Below, one piece after another: positions 36,019 through 39,744 of a DNA stretch of 39,744 bases (position 1 is its first letter; each line of letters begins with the position of its first letter). Origin of the DNA: Acidobacteriota bacterium. Lineage in GTDB: Bacteria; Acidobacteriota; UBA6911; JACQSX01. Location: assembly GCA_036507075.1 (NCBI GenBank), contig DASXQR010000107.1, positions 1 to 39,744 of the forward strand. Reading direction: 5' to 3'. A program made the translations under genes and the position numbers. Under the pieces are notes generated by a model, which was not told where the DNA came from, searched no databases, and saw only the letters and a list, made by a program, of their open reading frames with translations.

Positions 36019-37353
36019 ATGAAGTTCTGCATTCGTATTTTTTTCGGCATCCTTTTTCTTTCCATCATCTGCCTGGCGGAAGATAAACCGCAGCCGGCCG
36101 TCAATCTGCTCGCCTGGGATAATTCCAGTCCGACCGGCGGGTGGACGCCGGGGGCGCCGCGCGACGAGATTGCTCCCACGATGTCCGCCGACACGGCAAA
36201 GCGCGAGCTGAGCGTCTTTGGAAAAGGCCTGAAGGGTTGCGCCGGTTACTGGCGCAGGACCATTCCGGGAATCCGCGCCGGCGCCGTGTACCGGTTCAGG
36301 GCCACCGTAGACTCAAAGCAGCTCGTTCGCCCCGCCGAGACGCTTCAGGTGCTGGTCGGTTGGAAGGTTCCTGATTTTAACTGGCGCTCCACGGGCCGCA
36401 ACGTGCCCGAATATGCGGCTCAATTTCGCCAGCTCTCTGCCGGCAGCATCGAAGTGACGCAACTATTTAAGGCGCCCCAAGGGGCAAGCGCCGCGGACAT
36501 CGAGCTTTGGTTCCGTTGGAATCCCGATGCGCGCGTGGCATGGAAAGACCTGAGCTTGACGGAGGCGCGCGAACAGCCGCACCGTAAAGTTCGAATCGCG
36601 ACTGTTTACTGGAGAAACTCGGGACCGACGGATCTGGAAAACAACCTGAAGTTCTTCCTGCAGAAAATCGATCAGGCTGCCACGGCCCGTCCCGATATTA
36701 TCCTGCTGCCGGAGCGCTTCAAGAAGGTTGGGACGCGGCTGGAGGATGCGCAGTTGGCCGAACAGATTCCGGGCGGAAAAGTCTTCAACCTGCTTGCCGA
36801 ACGGGCGCGGCGCTACAAGAGCTACGTCATTTATGGAGACACGCTGCGAGAGGCGCCGTACCTGTATAACGTGGCCGTGATCATCGACCGGAAGGGAAAA
36901 CTGGCGGGAATTTACAAAAAAGTGCAATTGCCCATCGACGAGGCGATGTCGCTGACGCCGGGAGACGATTTTCCGGTTTTCGATCTGGATTTCGGCAGAG
37001 CCGGCATGTTGATCTGCCACGACGCCGCTTTCCCGGAGCCGGCGCGCATTCTGGGGCTGAAGGGCGCCGAAGTCGTATTCGTCCCCATCTGGGGAGGCGA
37101 CACCGGCACGCAGCAAACGCGGGCCGCCGAGAATGGCTTGTACTGGGTCACTGCCGGATTCGATATTCCGAGCATGATCATCGCGCCCGACAAAAAAATA
37201 CTTTCCAGTACCTGGAAGAATCAGGGAACGGGAGTGGCTTTCGCTGAAATTGACCTGGACGAACCGATTCGCCAGGACTGGATCGGCAACTGGCGCAATG
37301 CCGTCTGGCAGCAGCGCCGCCCCGGGGCATATAAGCCTTTGGTGGACAAATAG
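36019..37353 (+). CDS. Exported carbon-nitrogen hydrolase (nitrilase superfamily) with extra N-terminal domain
   Basis: Triad motifs LLPE, YKK, ICHD..FPE; RAAENG; signal peptide; about 170-aa N-terminal beta-rich domain. Confidence 0.88.
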   Translation: MKFCIRIFFGILFLSIICLAEDKPQPAVNLLAWDNSSPTGGWTPGAPRDEIAPTMSADTAKRELSVFGKGLKGCAGYWRRTIPGIRAGAVYRFRATVDSKQLVRPAETLQVLVGWKVPDFNWRSTGRNVPEYAAQFRQLSAGSIEVTQLFKAPQGASAADIELWFRWNPDARVAWKDLSLTEAREQPHRKVRIATVYWRNSGPTDLENNLKFFLQKIDQAATARPDIILLPERFKKVGTRLEDAQLAEQIPGGKVFNLLAERARRYKSYVIYGDTLREAPYLYNVAVIIDRKGKLAGIYKKVQLPIDEAMSLTPGDDFPVFDLDFGRAGMLICHDAAFPEPARILGLKGAEVVFVPIWGGDTGTQQTRAAENGLYWVTAGFDIPSMIIAPDKKILSSTWKNQGTGVAFAEIDLDEPIRQDWIGNWRNAVWQQRRPGAYKPLVDK

Positions 37354-37360
37354 CTCCCCA

Positions 37361-37480
37361 GCCCGCCCGCTGTTTGGGCGGGCGACAGCCTGTAGCCCAC
37401 GGCGCAGCGAAGCGAAGCCGTGGGGACCGGTCCCAATTCAAACCGAAACAAGCCCGCCCGGTTTTTGGGCGGGCGAGCCG
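37361..37480. repeat. REP array downstream of tnpA
   Basis: GCCCGCCC-loop-GGGCGGGC twice, and GTAGCCCACGGCG...CCGTGGG. Confidence 0.85.
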
Positions 37481-37491
37481 CCGGAGGCTCG

Positions 37492-37914
37492 TCATCGCCT
37501 GATTTTATGGGCTCTTAACAGTTTCTCCAACTCCTCCTTAAAGCTCATCTTTCGGTGATGAAACTCCTGATTACGGATGTATCGGCGAATTTTATCGACT
37601 TGGGACTCGCTTACGGTGAAGGCTGCATACCCCACTTGCCAGGCAAAACTGGGACAGAAATTCTTCATCCATCCGGACGAATCCGATTTGAGCTTTCCAA
37701 CAAAATCGGCCACACAAATTGTGGGCGCTAATAACGCCAGGGCGTGCGCATGGTCGTCGACTCCTCCCACCTGGAGGGAAACACCGCCGAGGCCCCGGAT
37801 CGTCCCGCCGAGGTACTCGTGGACTCTGTCGCGGATTTCTTTTGGAATCAAGGACCGACGGTCCTTGGTTGCAAATAGAATGTGGTAGAGCAGATTAGTG
37901 TATGAATGTGCCAT
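37492..37914 (-). CDS. tnpA: IS200/IS605-family Y1 HUH transposase (REP-associated)
   Basis: MAHSYTNLLYHILFATKDR, HUH DHAH, K..SS.W, FAWQ.GY, catalytic YIRNQ. No tnpB in the window. Confidence 0.9.
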   Translation of the reverse strand: MAHSYTNLLYHILFATKDRRSLIPKEIRDRVHEYLGGTIRGLGGVSLQVGGVDDHAHALALLAPTICVADFVGKLKSDSSGWMKNFCPSFAWQVGYAAFTVSESQVDKIRRYIRNQEFHHRKMSFKEELEKLLRAHKIRR

Positions 37915-37985
37915 CGCATATACAGAACTGGGCTGCTGTGAAATCTGCGAAAGAATCTTCGATGGAGGGAAAAAAACCTGCTGTC

Positions 37986-38230
37986 GCCCGCCAAAAAACG
38001 GCGGGCTCATACGATGATTGGTACGCATTCCCACGGCTACGCTTCGCTCCGCCGTGGGCTACAGGCTGGCGCCCGCCCCGAAAACGGGCGGGCTGGGCGT
38101 GTTGGATAATCGTTTCCCCACGGCTACGCTTCGCTCCGCCGTGGGCTACATGCTTATCGCCCGCCCCGAAAACGGGCGGGCTGGTCTCCATTGGAACGGG
38201 CCTTCCCACGGCTCCGCTTCGCTGTGCCGA
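37986..38230. repeat. REP array upstream of tnpA (period about 87-88 bp)
   Basis: CCCACGGCTACGCTTCGCTCCGCCGTGGGCTACA at 38030 and 38117, partial copy at 38205, alternating with GCCCGCCCCGAAAACGGGCGGGCTGG. Confidence 0.9.
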
Positions 38231-38294
38231 AAGCTAGATTGCTGACGCCCTCCCCAAAAAAAGGGGCTGGCTGCCTCGGTGATGAATTGTGGCA

Positions 38295-39744
38295 TTACTC
38301 CTCTCGCACCACCACAATCCTATCTGCCGCTATACTGCTCATCCTTATTACCTTCCCCGACGGCCACTTCACCACCAGCTCCTTGACTACATCGACTTTC
38401 CCCAACCCGAAGTGCGCGCGGAAATCATTTGAAGACGCAAAGCTTCCCCCCGCCTTCACTTCCCGGATCTGTTTGCCCTGGGAAGTTTCCACTGAGATCC
38501 TTGCGCCCACTCCACGTCGATTGCTCCGCGTGCCGGCCAACTTCACCTCGATCCAGTGATTCCCCAGCTTTCCCTGATTCATCAGCAGCACCGGAGCCTC
38601 ATCCAGGGCTGTCACCGCCACGTCCATCCATCCATCATTGTTGAAGTCGGCAAACGCGGCGCCGCGGTTGGATCTCTTGATCTTCAACCCGGATCCGGCG
38701 CGTTCCGTCACGTTCCGGAATTTTCCCGAGCCGTCATTCAGGTACAACTTGTTTTGCTGGCGGTAAGTTGTCTTAAACCCGTGCGGATCCACCTGGGGAT
38801 AAATATGACCGCTGGCGATGAACAGATCCTTGAACCCATCATTGTTGAAGTCGACAAACCCCGCTCCCCAGCTCAAATCCGGCTGGCTGTCGGCCGCAAT
38901 TCCGGTATCGTAGGAAGCGTCCGTAAAGAATCCCTTTCCGGAGTTGTGATAGATGGTGTTGTAGTCGTCTGAAAAATTGGTGACCACAATGTCCAGCCAC
39001 CCGTCGTTGTCATAGTCTTCGAAATCGACTCCCATACCGGCCTGCTCGCGGCCGTCTTCACTGTAGGCGACACCGGTCTGGACGGCCAGGTCGGTGAAAG
39101 TGCCGTCGCCGTTGTTGCGATAGAGATAATTAGGCGTGCTGTCGTTGGCGACGAAGAGATCGGGCTTTCCATCGTTGTCATAATCTCCCCAGACCGCTCC
39201 CAGGCCGTAATACCCGTTAGGATCGCCGACGCCGGCCGCCTGTGAAACATCGGTAAACGTCCCGTCTCCATTGTTTCGATACAGAACGTCGCCTGCGCCT
39301 TTCAAACCCCGCGGACCGCAGGCGACTGGAATTCCCTTGTAGAAGCAGAACTTTCCCTCTGTGGGAAGATGATTAATGTCGTAATCCAGATAATTGACTA
39401 CGAACAGATCCAAATCGCCGTCGCCGTCGTAATCGGCCGCGGCCGCTGCCGATGACCAGCGGGGATCTCCCACGCCCGCGCGGCTCGTCACGTCGGTGAA
39501 AGTTCCGTTGCCGTTGTTGCGATAAAGAATGTTCGGGCCGTAGTTGGTGACGTAAAGGTCCTCCCATCCGTCATTGTCGTAATCGAAAACCAGCACGCCT
39601 TTCCCCCATGCCCCTCCCGGCACGCCGGCGGCGCGAGTTACATCAGTGAACGTTCCATTGCCGTTATTTTTGTACAGAGCGTTGTGAAGATTTCTCCGCC
39701 CCGAGCGAAAGCCCTCGACCGTTCCGCCGTTGACGATGTACAGG
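38295..39744 (-). CDS. CRTAC1-like FG-GAP/VCBS repeat protein with C-terminal ASPIC/UnbV domain (5' end beyond the window)
   Basis: Repeated DYDNDG..DL, LYRNNGDGTFTDV; C-terminal GGSFASSND..HFGLG..WPSG. The frame is open to the window end. Confidence 0.92.
   Translation of the reverse strand, partial: LYIVNGGTVEGFRSGRRNLHNALYKNNGNGTFTDVTRAAGVPGGAWGKGVLVFDYDNDGWEDLYVTNYGPNILYRNNGNGTFTDVTSRAGVGDPRWSSAAAAADYDGDGDLDLFVVNYLDYDINHLPTEGKFCFYKGIPVACGPRGLKGAGDVLYRNNGDGTFTDVSQAAGVGDPNGYYGLGAVWGDYDNDGKPDLFVANDSTPNYLYRNNGDGTFTDLAVQTGVAYSEDGREQAGMGVDFEDYDNDGWLDIVVTNFSDDYNTIYHNSGKGFFTDASYDTGIAADSQPDLSWGAGFVDFNNDGFKDLFIASGHIYPQVDPHGFKTTYRQQNKLYLNDGSGKFRNVTERAGSGLKIKRSNRGAAFADFNNDGWMDVAVTALDEAPVLLMNQGKLGNHWIEVKLAGTRSNRRGVGARISVETSQGKQIREVKAGGSFASSNDFRAHFGLGKVDVVKELVVKWPSGKVIRMSSIAADRIVVVREE

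Noticed and set aside
38030..38230. CRISPR-like periodic 34-bp repeats
   Set aside because: The intervening segments share an identical hairpin rather than being unique spacers, no cas genes are present, and the array flanks a TnpA. These are REPs.
1110..39567. Numerous overlapping antisense or alternate-frame ORFs (for example 1232, 13149, 26895, 32599, 34058)
   Set aside because: They are shadow ORFs expected in GC-rich DNA, overlap well-supported genes and lack motifs.
1..39744. tRNA, rRNA, riboswitch or selenocysteine recoding
   Set aside because: None recognised by eye; an Infernal/tRNAscan run would be needed to exclude them.

Overview
Bacterial window, mostly GC-rich. Its gene content (ASPIC/UnbV FG-GAP protein, DUF5107-TPR protein, many palindromic intergenic repeats) suggests Acidobacteriota or the PVC group (inference). 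The centrepiece is a minus-strand operon at about 7.9-17.0 kb that looks like an uncharacterised isoprenoid/lipid pathway. In transcription order it encodes an orphan GcvH-like carrier, a CobW/COG0523 GTPase, a small HdrA-N-terminus-like Cys protein, a 2x[4Fe-4S] ferredoxin-domain protein, a radical SAM enzyme resembling archaeal tetraether C-C-forming enzymes (Grs/Gms family), a DUF116-polyprenyl synthase fusion, a single-barrel prenyltransferase-beta-like protein and a DxDD class II (squalene-hopene-cyclase-like) cyclase. A divergent iscS lies next to it. Directly downstream is a lower-GC island (about 2.5-7.9 kb) bounded by an imperfect direct repeat. It holds a decayed REP-associated transposase, a Tat protein with a 14-Cys tail, an SpsF-like/GT4 fusion and a truncated IS3. 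The right half is a probable sugar/amino-sugar uptake and catabolism region, followed by an IS200-type TnpA with GTAG-REP arrays. Several repeat families recur, two of them inside coding N-termini. All family calls come from motif recognition by eye; no database search was run.
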